This document shows positions 1 through 8,794 of a stretch of DNA of 64,000 nucleotides, in pieces. Positions within the stretch are counted from its first letter, which is position 1. Each line of letters begins with the position of its first letter. The notes under the pieces are model-generated. The model was not told where the DNA came from and ran no database searches. It worked only from the letters and a program-made list of their open reading frames with translations. The translations under genes and the position numbers were made by a program. Origin of the DNA: Leptonemataceae bacterium (lineage in GTDB: Bacteria > Spirochaetota > Leptospiria > Leptospirales > Leptonemataceae); assembly GCA_965242745.1 (NCBI GenBank), contig CBDETG010000034.1, forward strand, positions 17,090 to 81,089, given 5' to 3'.

Positions 1-2388
1 GACGACAACTGCCCCACCGTAGCCAACGCCGATCAGACGAACACGGATGACGACGGCCTTGGCAACGCCTGCGACGCAGATGACGATAACGACGGCACGG
101 CTGATGCAAGCGACAACTGCCCCATCGTAGCAAATGCTGACCAGGCCAACGCTGATGACGACGAGCTTGGTAACGCCTGCGACGCCGACGACGATAACGA
201 CGGCACGGCTGACGCCACAGACGTGGACGACGATAACGACGGCCTGATAGAGATTGCCACCGCCGCCGAGCTGGATAACATACGCCACGACCTTGCCGGC
301 GCAAGCTACGACGACGAGGCCGATGATGGCACCGGCAACAAGGGCGATATCACGGGCGCGCCCACAGCAATGACCGAAAACTGCAAGACAGCCACCAGCC
401 GCAGCGTCTACCTCTGCGGCTACGAGCTCGTCGACGACATTGACTTCAGTGACGACGGCACTGGCAGCCCCATCGACCAAAACGGCGGCACTGCGGGCAA
501 CTTCGATCCCATCGGCAGCGACCAGAGCGGCGAACGCTTCACGGCGCGCCTGCACGGCAACGGACACAGCATCAGCAACCTAAACATTGACATCACAGGC
601 CGGGCAGCCGCCGACGACCACACCAACGACGCCGGCCTCTTTGCCGCCTGCGACAACGCAGACATCAGCAATCTCACGCTAACGAATCCCACCATCAGGG
701 GGCGTCGTCGTGTGGGCGCGCTTTGCGGCGGCACGAGCGGCACAAGGCTGAGCAATGCGCACGTGGCCGGCGGCTCCATCCAGGGCGACAGCGCTAGTAC
801 TGTCGATCTTTCCATAGGCGGTCTGGTGGGGTGGGCAGATAGCAGCGAGCTCACAGGGAGCAGCAGTGGCAATGTCTCCGATGGCGGGGGTGGTATTGTT
901 GATTCTATGGGCGGCCTAGTGGGGCAGGCAGACAACAGCGAGATCACAGGGAGCAGCGCAAGCGGCAATGTCTCCGATGGCGGGGGTGGTATTGTTAATT
1001 CTATGGGCGGTCTGGTGGGGTGGGCAAATAGCAGCGAGATCACAGGGAGCAGCGCGAGCGGCAATGTCTCCGATGGCGGGGATAAAACGGATCGAATGGG
1101 CGGCCTGGTGGGGCAGGCAACTAACAGCTCTCAGATCACAGGGAGCCGTGCAAGCGGCAATGTCTCCGATGGCGGGGGTGGGGGGGATCAAATGGGTGGC
1201 CTGGTGGGGCGGGCAAATAGCAGCGAGATCACAGGGAGCAGCGCAAGCGGCAATGTCTCCGATGGCGGGGGTGGGACGGATCAAATGGGCGGCCTGGTGG
1301 GGCAGGCAGCTAACAGCTCTCAGATCACAGGGAGCCGTGCAAGCGGCAGCGTTTCCAATGGCGGCGTGGGAGAGGATCGTATGGGCGGCCTGATAGGGTT
1401 TCTGGGATATGGCATTGTACGCGACTCCCTGAGCCTTGGGAGCGTCTGCGATGGCGTGCTTACGACAAGTTGCGCTGCCGGCGCTGGCAATGACGAGATT
1501 GGCGTTCTGATTGGACGTTTCTATGGTCAGGATGCAACCAGCAAAAGCGAGGTCTATAACTGCCTCGCTGCAGGCGCAACGAGCGGCCATACCGGCGATA
1601 ATGTCGGCTTTTTTGGGCGTATCCAGAACGGCAGTCAAACGCAGCTGGATGCGGCCATCGCCAACAACCGCTTCGATACGGAGGCCAGCGGCGTCACAGC
1701 TAAGGCCGGCAGCGCAACCGGCGGCGTTATGATTGCTGATCTCAGCGGCATCACCGGCGCAGGTACTGAGGCCACGCAGCCCGCCACAGCCTGGCTTGAT
1801 ACCGACACCGATACTGATGACGTGCCTGACGCCAGCTCCTGGCTTGCCACGCGCTGGCTCTTTGCCTCCGGCGTCTATCCGCGGCTGTTGTATTTTGACT
1901 TTGATCCGGCCAGTCCCACGACAGAGAATCCCACCGCCACCACAACCATCGACGTCTGCGAGACGATTACAAACAACGACCCGCTGGAAGACGAAGGCGA
2001 CGAGAATGTGCCCGACTGCGGCGATGTTTTAGAGGCCTGGCCGCGGCCGACCACTCCGGCAGATGCGGTATTTCATCCCGTGCCGGATGACCTGATGCTC
2101 ACGGAAAATGTCGATGGCAGTTCGGCTGCGGTCGCCATCGGCTCGCCCGTCACAGCCGCCGATGCGAACTTTGAGGCCGTCACCTACAGCCTCAAGGCCG
2201 GCGCCCCGGCGGGCTACGCAATCAACAGCGCAACGGGCCAGCTCAGCTACACGGGCAGCGGCGAAGACTATGAAATGCACATGTCGCGCAGCCTGACGGT
2301 GATTGCAACTTCCATAGGCGCCGACGGCACGGAAACGGGAGTGGAGCAGGTGGTGACGATTACGATTGTGGACGTGGACGGGTCTTGA
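1..2388 (+). CDS. Large secreted/surface repeat protein, 5' end outside the window: thrombospondin type-3 repeats + GLUG-motif repeats + cadherin-like C-terminal domain
   Basis: Frame 1 is open from nt 1. DDNCPxVANADQxNxDDDxLGNACDADDDNDGTAD occurs twice and fits the TSP3 Ca-binding consensus. About seven 31-32 aa units each contain MGGLVG (GLUG motif). The C-terminus (AVTYSLKAGAPAGYAINSATGQLSYTG...VVTITIVDVD) looks cadherin-like. Codon third positions are G/C-rich, unlike the rest of the window. Confidence 0.8.
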   Translation, partial: DDNCPTVANADQTNTDDDGLGNACDADDDNDGTADASDNCPIVANADQANADDDELGNACDADDDNDGTADATDVDDDNDGLIEIATAAELDNIRHDLAGASYDDEADDGTGNKGDITGAPTAMTENCKTATSRSVYLCGYELVDDIDFSDDGTGSPIDQNGGTAGNFDPIGSDQSGERFTARLHGNGHSISNLNIDITGRAAADDHTNDAGLFAACDNADISNLTLTNPTIRGRRRVGALCGGTSGTRLSNAHVAGGSIQGDSASTVDLSIGGLVGWADSSELTGSSSGNVSDGGGGIVDSMGGLVGQADNSEITGSSASGNVSDGGGGIVNSMGGLVGWANSSEITGSSASGNVSDGGDKTDRMGGLVGQATNSSQITGSRASGNVSDGGGGGDQMGGLVGRANSSEITGSSASGNVSDGGGGTDQMGGLVGQAANSSQITGSRASGSVSNGGVGEDRMGGLIGFLGYGIVRDSLSLGSVCDGVLTTSCAAGAGNDEIGVLIGRFYGQDATSKSEVYNCLAAGATSGHTGDNVGFFGRIQNGSQTQLDAAIANNRFDTEASGVTAKAGSATGGVMIADLSGITGAGTEATQPATAWLDTDTDTDDVPDASSWLATRWLFASGVYPRLLYFDFDPASPTTENPTATTTIDVCETITNNDPLEDEGDENVPDCGDVLEAWPRPTTPADAVFHPVPDDLMLTENVDGSSAAVAIGSPVTAADANFEAVTYSLKAGAPAGYAINSATGQLSYTGSGEDYEMHMSRSLTVIATSIGADGTETGVEQVVTITIVDVDGS
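811..1400 (+). repeat. Coding tandem repeat, period 93-96 bp (GLUG units)
   Basis: ATGGGCGG(C/T)CT(G/A)GTGGGG recurs at 907, 1003, 1096 and onward. The protein shows repeated ITGSSASGNVSDGGGG..MGGLVG. Confidence 0.85.
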
Positions 2389-2625
2389 TGGCGGCGTTGC
2401 AGTGATGACGTGCGGTGTCCGGTGAGATAAGTAGCGATTGGAATAAGCAGCTTTGGTTTTGATGACTGGGGCGGGGCTTGTAGTAGGGGGAGTCTGGGCG
2501 TGGTTGTAATAATATAGCGTTGGCTTTTGCTGACTGCGGGCGTTGTTGCAATATGCGGAGTCTGGGCGCCTGTGGAGCCCGGGGGCGCTTGTGGGATTGA
2601 CGGCGGGCGGGGTTGCAATTAAGAG
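2389..2625 (+). repeat. GC-rich dispersed repeat element, copy 1 (degenerate ~25-30 nt units GGCGTTGTTGYAATATGCRGAGTCTGGGCG)
   Basis: Shares long stretches with 26700-26975, 28296-28680 and (reverse-complemented) 47225-47470. Example: GTTGTAATAATATAGCGTTGG.TTTTGCTGACTGCGGGCG. Confidence 0.8.
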
Positions 2626-2633
2626 AGCAAAAC

Positions 2634-3257
2634 ATGAGCAGAACACACAAAGGACCTTATTCCATATGCGCTTTCCTTGCTATGCTTTTTCTATCGTACC
2701 TGCTTGCTGCGCAATGCCGTCCCCTGCCCGGGTCTTACTTTGGTCTTGCGACATGGGAGGCCTATACGGAGCAAAAAGAGCTTGTACGTTTCAGGGAACT
2801 AAAAAATCATAGTTTGATCTTAAATCTTTACAGCCCAACTTGCCCGCCGTGCATAGCGGAATTGCCCGCCTTAGAGCTCTTTTACAAGGAATGTCAGAAA
2901 AGGAATACGGCTCTTTTTCTGGGCGTAGAAGGCGATCTGGAAAGGAATGGCTTAAAAGAAGCAGGGGAAGAAGGGAAAACTTTTTCGCCAAAGCAGGAGT
3001 GGGAGCTGATCTGGCAGCGTTTGAAAAAGGACCAAAAAACATACCATATTTCTATTCCCATGCTTGTCTTCCCCAAGGGATTTCGTGTAGGTCCAGAGCA
3101 AGTCGTACAGGCAAAGCCTGAAACGCTCTTCTTTATGACAAAGCCTCTGCGCCTCAAATATAACTTTGTGGGGCCCTTGAGCTATGAAAGGGAGCCTGAA
3201 AAGATCAGGCAAGATCATCGCTTCCAGTTTGCTCTTAGGAAGCTTAGGGAGCTTTGA
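2634..3257 (+). CDS. Thioredoxin-fold thiol-disulfide oxidoreductase (TlpA/ResA-like), membrane-anchored or secreted
   Basis: CPPC redox motif in LNLYSPTCPPCIAELPALE. Hydrophobic N-terminus (ICAFLAMLFLSYLLAA). ATG at 2634 inside the tracked TTG-started ORF. Confidence 0.7.
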   Translation: MSRTHKGPYSICAFLAMLFLSYLLAAQCRPLPGSYFGLATWEAYTEQKELVRFRELKNHSLILNLYSPTCPPCIAELPALELFYKECQKRNTALFLGVEGDLERNGLKEAGEEGKTFSPKQEWELIWQRLKKDQKTYHISIPMLVFPKGFRVGPEQVVQAKPETLFFMTKPLRLKYNFVGPLSYEREPEKIRQDHRFQFALRKLREL

Positions 3258-4062
3258 GCGCTTGTGTATCGTCTTTCTGTTTGGCAGCCAAAATGTTTGC
3301 CAAATGTTTCTCGAAAACAGGGCCTTGCAGAAAGCCTTCCAATTCCAACAGAACCCTTTCTTCCTGAAAGGAATCGAGAGCCTGCCTTGTCGCCTCTCGC
3401 AGTTGAGCTTTGATATGACATAGGCTTTCATAGGGATGCCGTAAAAGGAGCTGCATATGCCGCAGGGCTGCCTTTTGCGCCTGCTCAGGGGGATAGACAG
3501 CATCTACCAAGCCAATTTCCAAGGCCTCCTTAGGACGAAAAAAGTAAGCCTGCATTGCGACTTTTCGTAGAGCCTGCTCTGCCACTACGCTTCTTAAAAG
3601 AGGCAGCAATGCCTTGGGTATAGACAAGGCGATAGCTACTTCAGAAAAAGCATAGCGCGCCTGCTTGTCCTGCATAAAGCGAAAATCAGAAATCAGGGCT
3701 AAGAAAGCCCCCCCTGCTATCGCATGACCTTCAATAAGAGATAGATGCGGCTTAGGGAAGCTATAGAGCTCCTTCAAAGCGCGTAAGAATAGCAGGAACA
3801 GTTCTTTTCTTTCTTGAAGGTTATGAGATGCAATATAGGCAATATCCATGCCATTGCAAAAACATTTGGGTAGATGCGAGGCTAAAATTACGGCCTTGAC
3901 TTGCTCGTCTTGGCCTAAATCTCTATGCGCTTGGACAAGCTCTTGCAAAAACTCCACATTAAGCTCATTGCCAGGTGCGCGTTTCATAAAAAGCCATGCG
4001 ATCTCTTTTTCTATTGTAAGCTCAAGGTGCTGGTATGTCATCCTACTGCCTTCCTTTTTCAT
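3244..4062 (-). CDS. Enoyl-CoA hydratase/isomerase (crotonase) family protein
   Basis: Crotonase-like layout: VKAVILAS...FCNGMDI and EGHAIAGGAFLALISDFRFM (oxyanion-hole region). The start may be the internal MTYQHL. Confidence 0.8.
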   Translation of the reverse strand: MKKEGSRMTYQHLELTIEKEIAWLFMKRAPGNELNVEFLQELVQAHRDLGQDEQVKAVILASHLPKCFCNGMDIAYIASHNLQERKELFLLFLRALKELYSFPKPHLSLIEGHAIAGGAFLALISDFRFMQDKQARYAFSEVAIALSIPKALLPLLRSVVAEQALRKVAMQAYFFRPKEALEIGLVDAVYPPEQAQKAALRHMQLLLRHPYESLCHIKAQLREATRQALDSFQEERVLLELEGFLQGPVFEKHLANILAAKQKDDTQALKAP

Positions 4063-4155
4063 CTAAAGAAGAGTATAAGTTACTAAGTAAAACATGCAAG
4101 CCCCCAGGTCAAGCCAATTTTGCAAAGTATGCGGCTGGGAATTGATGCGCAAAGT

Positions 4156-4470
4156 TTAGGCGCTTAGGTCTATATGCAGGCCTTTGTAGGAAGTCTTATA
4201 GTCGTAAAGCTTTCTTTCGTAAGTATTAGCTTTCAGGAAGTGTTCTTGCAAGAAAGAGGCTTGAGCAGAAGCTCGTATTCCCTTTTCTTGAAACAAATCT
4301 CTAATCCCCTGCGCTTTCCATGCAAAGCCAAATTGCTGCCCCTTGACCGGGCTCAGGGCCGCTATAGCTTGATTGCTGTATTGGTGCAGAGGATAAGCAT
4401 AATGGCCGGGTCTTAAGGCTGCATTCGGGGAACCATTGACCACGTTCATAGATACTTCCATAATCGACAA
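4156..4470 (-). CDS. Hypothetical protein (104 aa)
   Basis: ORF only; no recognisable motif. Confidence 0.35.
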   Translation of the reverse strand: MSIMEVSMNVVNGSPNAALRPGHYAYPLHQYSNQAIAALSPVKGQQFGFAWKAQGIRDLFQEKGIRASAQASFLQEHFLKANTYERKLYDYKTSYKGLHIDLSA

Positions 4471-4579
4471 ATTTCTGCTCTTTATTGAGACGCTTCAAGA
4501 AAATCTCTTCTATCAGCCGTCATCTGGCCATTGGTCTTTTGCAAGCGGCATCCCTGTAGGCTTTCCATTCTTAGCTCCC

Positions 4580-4742
4580 GGCAACTCATAGGCATTGTGT
4601 GGAATCGCTGGTTCTCGCTTTTGCTTATTGCAACAACGCCGCAGAGTCTCGGCGCTGCATTATGTCGTGTTAGCGCGAGGGCTCTGCTGCTGTACATACT
4701 ACAACAATGCAGTGCAACTCATAGGCATTGCGGTCATATATT
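4580..4742 (+). repeat. Intergenic composite repeat: GC-rich family segment bracketed by direct copies of GCAACTCATAGGCATTG
   Basis: CAACTCATAGGCATTG at 4582 and 4725. The core GCAGAGTCTCGGCGCTGCATTATGTCGTGTTAGCGCG matches 26885-26925. The bracket motif resembles CAAATCATAGGCATTG of the 50.8-52.0 kb elements. Confidence 0.7.
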
Positions 4743-4778
4743 TGGATAGAGAAGCTATATGGGCTCTGAGGGCTGCTT

Positions 4779-5264
4779 TTACTGTTTTTCTCCCTTTCCT
4801 TTTTTGTCTTGTTTGTGTTTTTTGGACGCCTTTTGTAAGCCAGCTTGGGTCTTGTCTTTTGCTTTAGAGAGAGAGCGTGTTTTCTTTCCTATGCGTGAGA
4901 CCTCTGTACTTCCTATGGTTTTCCCAAAGAGCCAACCTTCCATCCCGTTTTGCAAACGGACACGATACCAATAGTCTGTATGATCACCTATACGGTATTT
5001 TTTTTCTGTGCGCTGCAAAATCAGCAGAACGGTATTACGTTTCAGAATGCTTACGAGTGAAGAGCGCACCAAAGGATTGGTTCGGACATTTGCCCTGGCG
5101 ACCTGTACCCAAGCTTTTTCATTAGGCCTTCTCTTGTCCTTATCACAAGAAGGGAAAGCTCCGCTAAGTAAAAGACAAAAGAGAAAGCTAAGGATCGTAT
5201 AAAACTTTTTTTGCTCTTTTTTGCTTGGGCTAAGCACGGCTACTGTGTTTTCGTAAAAAAGCAA
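4779..5264 (-). CDS. Putative lipoprotein with bacterial SH3 (SH3b) domain and Lys-rich tail
   Basis: Signal/lipobox-like FLFCLLLSGAFPSC. SH3b-like ANVRTNP...DYWYRVRLQNGMEGWLFG. No ATG at the 5' end (TTG or GTG start), so the start is uncertain. Confidence 0.55.
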   Translation of the reverse strand: MLFYENTVAVLSPSKKEQKKFYTILSFLFCLLLSGAFPSCDKDKRRPNEKAWVQVARANVRTNPLVRSSLVSILKRNTVLLILQRTEKKYRIGDHTDYWYRVRLQNGMEGWLFGKTIGSTEVSRIGKKTRSLSKAKDKTQAGLQKASKKHKQDKKGKGEKQ

Positions 5265-5331
5265 AAATGAGTCAGCTATGTTTTAAGGGAAGCAGGGAAT
5301 CAGGGCCAAGCTATGATATTTGCGCTGGGCC

Positions 5332-5892
5332 TTAAGCAAGCGCTGTTTTGATACGCTCGTTTACTTCCTCTACGCTTCCTAAACCGTTGATTCGGGCCAA
5401 AATTGCTTCTTTTTCATAATATTCCAGAAGGGGATAGGTCTCTTTTTGATAAACCTCAAGGCGCCTGGTGATCACTTCTCTTGTATCGTCACTACGGCCT
5501 TCTTTGCGGGCCCGCTTAAGCAGCCGTTCTATCAAAATATCATCCGCAACAACAAGATGCAAAGCCCTATCCAGCTTCTCCCCGATCATAGCGAGCATAT
5601 TCTTGAGAGACTCTGCCTGCGCTATAGTGCGAGGGAAGCCATCTAATACATAAGCGCCTCTTAGCTGCTCTTCCTGTAGTTTTTCCTTTACGATTCCTAC
5701 TACAACTTCATCCGGTACTAGTTTCCCTGCCTCCACATAAGCTTTAGCTTTTTGGCCCAAAGGCTTGCGGTTATCCATCGCTGCCCGTAAAATATCTCCC
5801 GTAGAGACTTTATGCAATTTATATGTTTCACAGAGCAGACGGGCTTGCGTGCCCTTTCCTGCGCCTGGAGCTCCCATAAGAAGTAGTTTCAT
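5332..5892 (-). CDS. adk: Adenylate kinase (short-lid type)
   Basis: P-loop MKLLLMGAPGAGKGTQA, STGDILRA and LDGFPRT motifs. Located immediately downstream of secY. Confidence 0.95.
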   Translation of the reverse strand: MKLLLMGAPGAGKGTQARLLCETYKLHKVSTGDILRAAMDNRKPLGQKAKAYVEAGKLVPDEVVVGIVKEKLQEEQLRGAYVLDGFPRTIAQAESLKNMLAMIGEKLDRALHLVVADDILIERLLKRARKEGRSDDTREVITRRLEVYQKETYPLLEYYEKEAILARINGLGSVEEVNERIKTALA

Positions 5893-5997
5893 TTTCTAAC
5901 TCAAGGGATATTGCTAAACAACAAACAAGCAAAGCCTTCCTTAAGCAGCAAGAAGCCATAGGCAGAGCCTTGACTCCATAGGGCTTCCTTCTATATC

Positions 5998-7356
5998 TTA
6001 AGAGCGGCCGCGAATTCTCCCCTTTTTCATAAAACCTTCATACTTTCGCATAATAAGCTGCGACTCCAGCTGCTTGAGGGTGTCTAAAGCAACTCCCACA
6101 ATAATTAAAAGAGAGGTGCCTCCAAAAGTGTAAGCCAGACCATGTATGTTTTGGTTACTTTCTAAATTCAAAAAATTGATAATAAAATAAGGAGCTAAAG
6201 CCAGAGCAGCTAAAAATATGGCGCCGGGTAAAGTGATGCGATTGAGCACGGCTTCCAAGTATTGTTTGGTATGAGAGCCGGGACGTATGCCGGGAACAAA
6301 GCCTCCATAGCGTTTTAGGTTTTCAGACAGTTCTTGGGGATTGATCTGTATGGCTGTATAGAAGTACGCAAAAAAGATAATGAGCAGCGTGTAGACCAGA
6401 TAATAGGGAATTTGCTTATACCAGCTTGGAGCAAAAGGATTCAGCCATTCTTGTATCATCCGCCAGCCGACCCAAGACCCTGCCGTATCTCCAAGAAAGC
6501 CGACCAGTGTTTGAGGGAAAAGCAAAAGAGAAGAAGCAAAGATAATAGGCATCACATTAGCAGAGTTGAGTTTGAAGGGAAGACTCTGGCTTTGAGCCTG
6601 CACCATGCGCCGCCCTTGCATTTTTTTCCCGTACTGCAGGGGCACTTTCCGCACGCCTGTGGAAAGAAGAACAGTCAGCGCAATGAGAATAAAAAAGAGC
6701 ACAACCAAGATAATGATAGGAAACATATCCACACTCTCGTCTTCCATCATTTGCCAGAGCATGAGGGGCAGCTGCGCAATAATACCCGCAAAGATCAAAA
6801 GAGACACGCCATTGCCTATGCCTCTTTCAGTAATCTGATCCCCTATCCACATAAGCACCATGGTGCCAGTAGTAATACTCATAAGACCCATGACTGTAAA
6901 CCAGAAAGGACTCACATCCGGCGAAACCAGAGGCTCATTAAAACGATTGGTGCTTTGCAGGGCATTTGCTAGGATAAAATAGGCCTGCGTTGCGCATAAA
7001 AAAATAGTCCCATAGCGCGTATACTGACTGATCTTTTTACGCCCTTCTTCACCTTCTCTTTGGAGTCGGGCCAGAGCCGGGAAAACCACTGTGAGGAGAT
7101 TCATGATAATGGAAGCGGATATATAAGGCATGATGCCCAAAGAAAAAATCGAAAGCTTGAAAAGCGCGCCTCCAGAAAAGACATTTACAACGTCCAGAAA
7201 GGATTGGCCCGGTGGGCGAGAGTAGGCAACAGCAATGGGGTTTACGCCGGGTATGGTTACAAAGATACCAAAGCGGTACAGCAAAAGGGCAGAAATCGTA
7301 AACAGAAACCTTGTGCGCAGCTCTGGTATGCGCAGTATGTTCAAAAAAGCTTTCAC
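5998..7356 (-). CDS. secY: Preprotein translocase subunit SecY
   Basis: 452 aa, multi-TM, with typical SecY blocks ([35 protein letters not shown]..., [15 protein letters not shown]). GTG start. Confidence 0.95.
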   Translation of the reverse strand: MKAFLNILRIPELRTRFLFTISALLLYRFGIFVTIPGVNPIAVAYSRPPGQSFLDVVNVFSGGALFKLSIFSLGIMPYISASIIMNLLTVVFPALARLQREGEEGRKKISQYTRYGTIFLCATQAYFILANALQSTNRFNEPLVSPDVSPFWFTVMGLMSITTGTMVLMWIGDQITERGIGNGVSLLIFAGIIAQLPLMLWQMMEDESVDMFPIIILVVLFFILIALTVLLSTGVRKVPLQYGKKMQGRRMVQAQSQSLPFKLNSANVMPIIFASSLLLFPQTLVGFLGDTAGSWVGWRMIQEWLNPFAPSWYKQIPYYLVYTLLIIFFAYFYTAIQINPQELSENLKRYGGFVPGIRPGSHTKQYLEAVLNRITLPGAIFLAALALAPYFIINFLNLESNQNIHGLAYTFGGTSLLIIVGVALDTLKQLESQLIMRKYEGFMKKGRIRGRS

Positions 7357-7458
7357 TTAAACCCTATCCTTATGCAAAGAGCAGAATACAAAAAGGCTTT
7401 TGCTTTGCAATCAATTTTTTACTTTCTTCCCCGTTTTTAGCATAAATAACAAAGCTGG

Positions 7459-7674
7459 TTATTGAAATAATTTCTTCTTAGCTTTCAAGTATATACCGTA
7501 TGCGATGTTGAATTTCAAGCATATTTCGGCTAAAGCAAGGCAGTCTAGGGCTTCATCGTGTTTCTCTGTTATTGTATCAAAGTCTACGGACCACCTGCTT
7601 TTGCTTGCTTTGGAATGGAGTAAGTTTAAAAATTTTTCGGGCAGGTCCTGCTCTGTATCCCAGTTTTCTAACAT
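7459..7674 (-). CDS. Hypothetical small protein (71 aa) in AT-rich islet
   Basis: ATG preceded by AGGAG at suitable spacing. No recognisable domain. Confidence 0.45.
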   Translation of the reverse strand: MLENWDTEQDLPEKFLNLLHSKASKSRWSVDFDTITEKHDEALDCLALAEICLKFNIAYGIYLKAKKKLFQ

Positions 7675-8071
7675 AGGGTGACTCCTAAAAGCCGCCTGCC
7701 AGAGAGGTTTGAACGCAACCCACCTGTAAATACACGGGGCAAATTATACTTGAAATATCAGCTCGTTTTAGCTTTTTATTCCATAGCCTTACCTGTGTTT
7801 GTTCCACGGATAGGGTTAGCGTTCTGTCAGGGAAGACCCTCTCTGGCAGAACGTGCCTCAATTATACAGATAGCTTAGTTTTGGCAATTATTTTTTAGGC
7901 CTTTTTTTGAAGACTGGCGCTATTGCCCTGCTGGACTGCATAGGCTAGGTTACATCTTTGTCTGTATCGAATGAAGCCTTTGGCTTTGGTCTGGGCGGCG
8001 CTGGGGGAGGTTTGGGGGGAGGGTGTACTGTCCGTATAGGCCCTGATGATCTTTCTCGAAGCGGTCTAGGG

Positions 8072-8626
8072 CTAGGCGGTGGTTTTTGTGGCTTTGGTTG
8101 TGGTTTCTCTCCCATAGTACCCATTCATTACTTCATTATTGATATCACAAGCAATTTTTCTTCGTTTATCTTTGTAAAAAAAGTCTGTACTATCTATTTC
8201 ACTATGCACTGACGCAAAGTCATTTCGTATTGCCGTAAGCGCCTTTGCATAAAAGCTCACATCAAAATCATAGTCAGAACGAATGTCACAATGTAATGCG
8301 TCCATTTTCATACGTATCTTTGATAAATCTTTACTTATTGATTTCCATAGATTTGCCTTCTCATTAAACCGCAAAAATTGTATTAACGTAAGTAATATAC
8401 TAACGACAGAGATGGTACTTCCAACCCAATTTGGGAAAGGAAACATATTAGATGCAAATACGCCAGTTAACGAAAAAACTATGAAAGAGGTTGTAAAAAA
8501 TGTTACACGAGCCCACTTTTGCGTTATTTTTTCCGCCAAAATTTGAAAAAATGATACATCATAATGTAGATTTGCCGCTTCTTGCCATAGCTGCTCACGT
8601 CTAAACTCGTCTCTTTCCCCGCTCAT
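8072..8626 (-). CDS. Two-TM membrane protein, possibly SLATT/DUF4231-like
   Basis: 184 aa. Two adjacent hydrophobic helices (VTFFTTSFIVFSLTGVF and VGSTISVVSILLTLIQFL) follow an N-terminal helical region and are followed by the amphipathic NEKANLWKSISKDLSKIRMKM. This matches the SLATT architecture, judged from memory only. Confidence 0.4.
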   Translation of the reverse strand: MSGERDEFRREQLWQEAANLHYDVSFFQILAEKITQKWARVTFFTTSFIVFSLTGVFASNMFPFPNWVGSTISVVSILLTLIQFLRFNEKANLWKSISKDLSKIRMKMDALHCDIRSDYDFDVSFYAKALTAIRNDFASVHSEIDSTDFFYKDKRRKIACDINNEVMNGYYGRETTTKATKTTA

Positions 8627-8794
8627 AATTTTTTCACGAACTTAAAATCTGCCCCCAGTCCTCCTTATACAAATACATATTGATGCGGAAGCTAAGATCA
8701 GATAATAATAACGTTTCAAATATACGGGAAGTTGTCAAGCGATTCCCAACAGTATTTTATTGACAAATAAAACTTTCTTTGCTTACTTGGTAAA

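Noticed and set aside
33-2650. Many long ORFs on other frames and the opposite strand of the first 2.6 kb (e.g. 420-1064, 916-1638, 2029-2646)
   Set aside because: They are a typical artefact of GC-rich, repeat-containing DNA. The products are low-complexity P/A/R/S strings. The frame-1 product has clear TSP3/GLUG domain signatures.
6334-6972. 212-aa plus-strand ORF antisense to secY
   Set aside because: It is fully embedded in a high-confidence secY gene. The product is basic and low-complexity with no motif.
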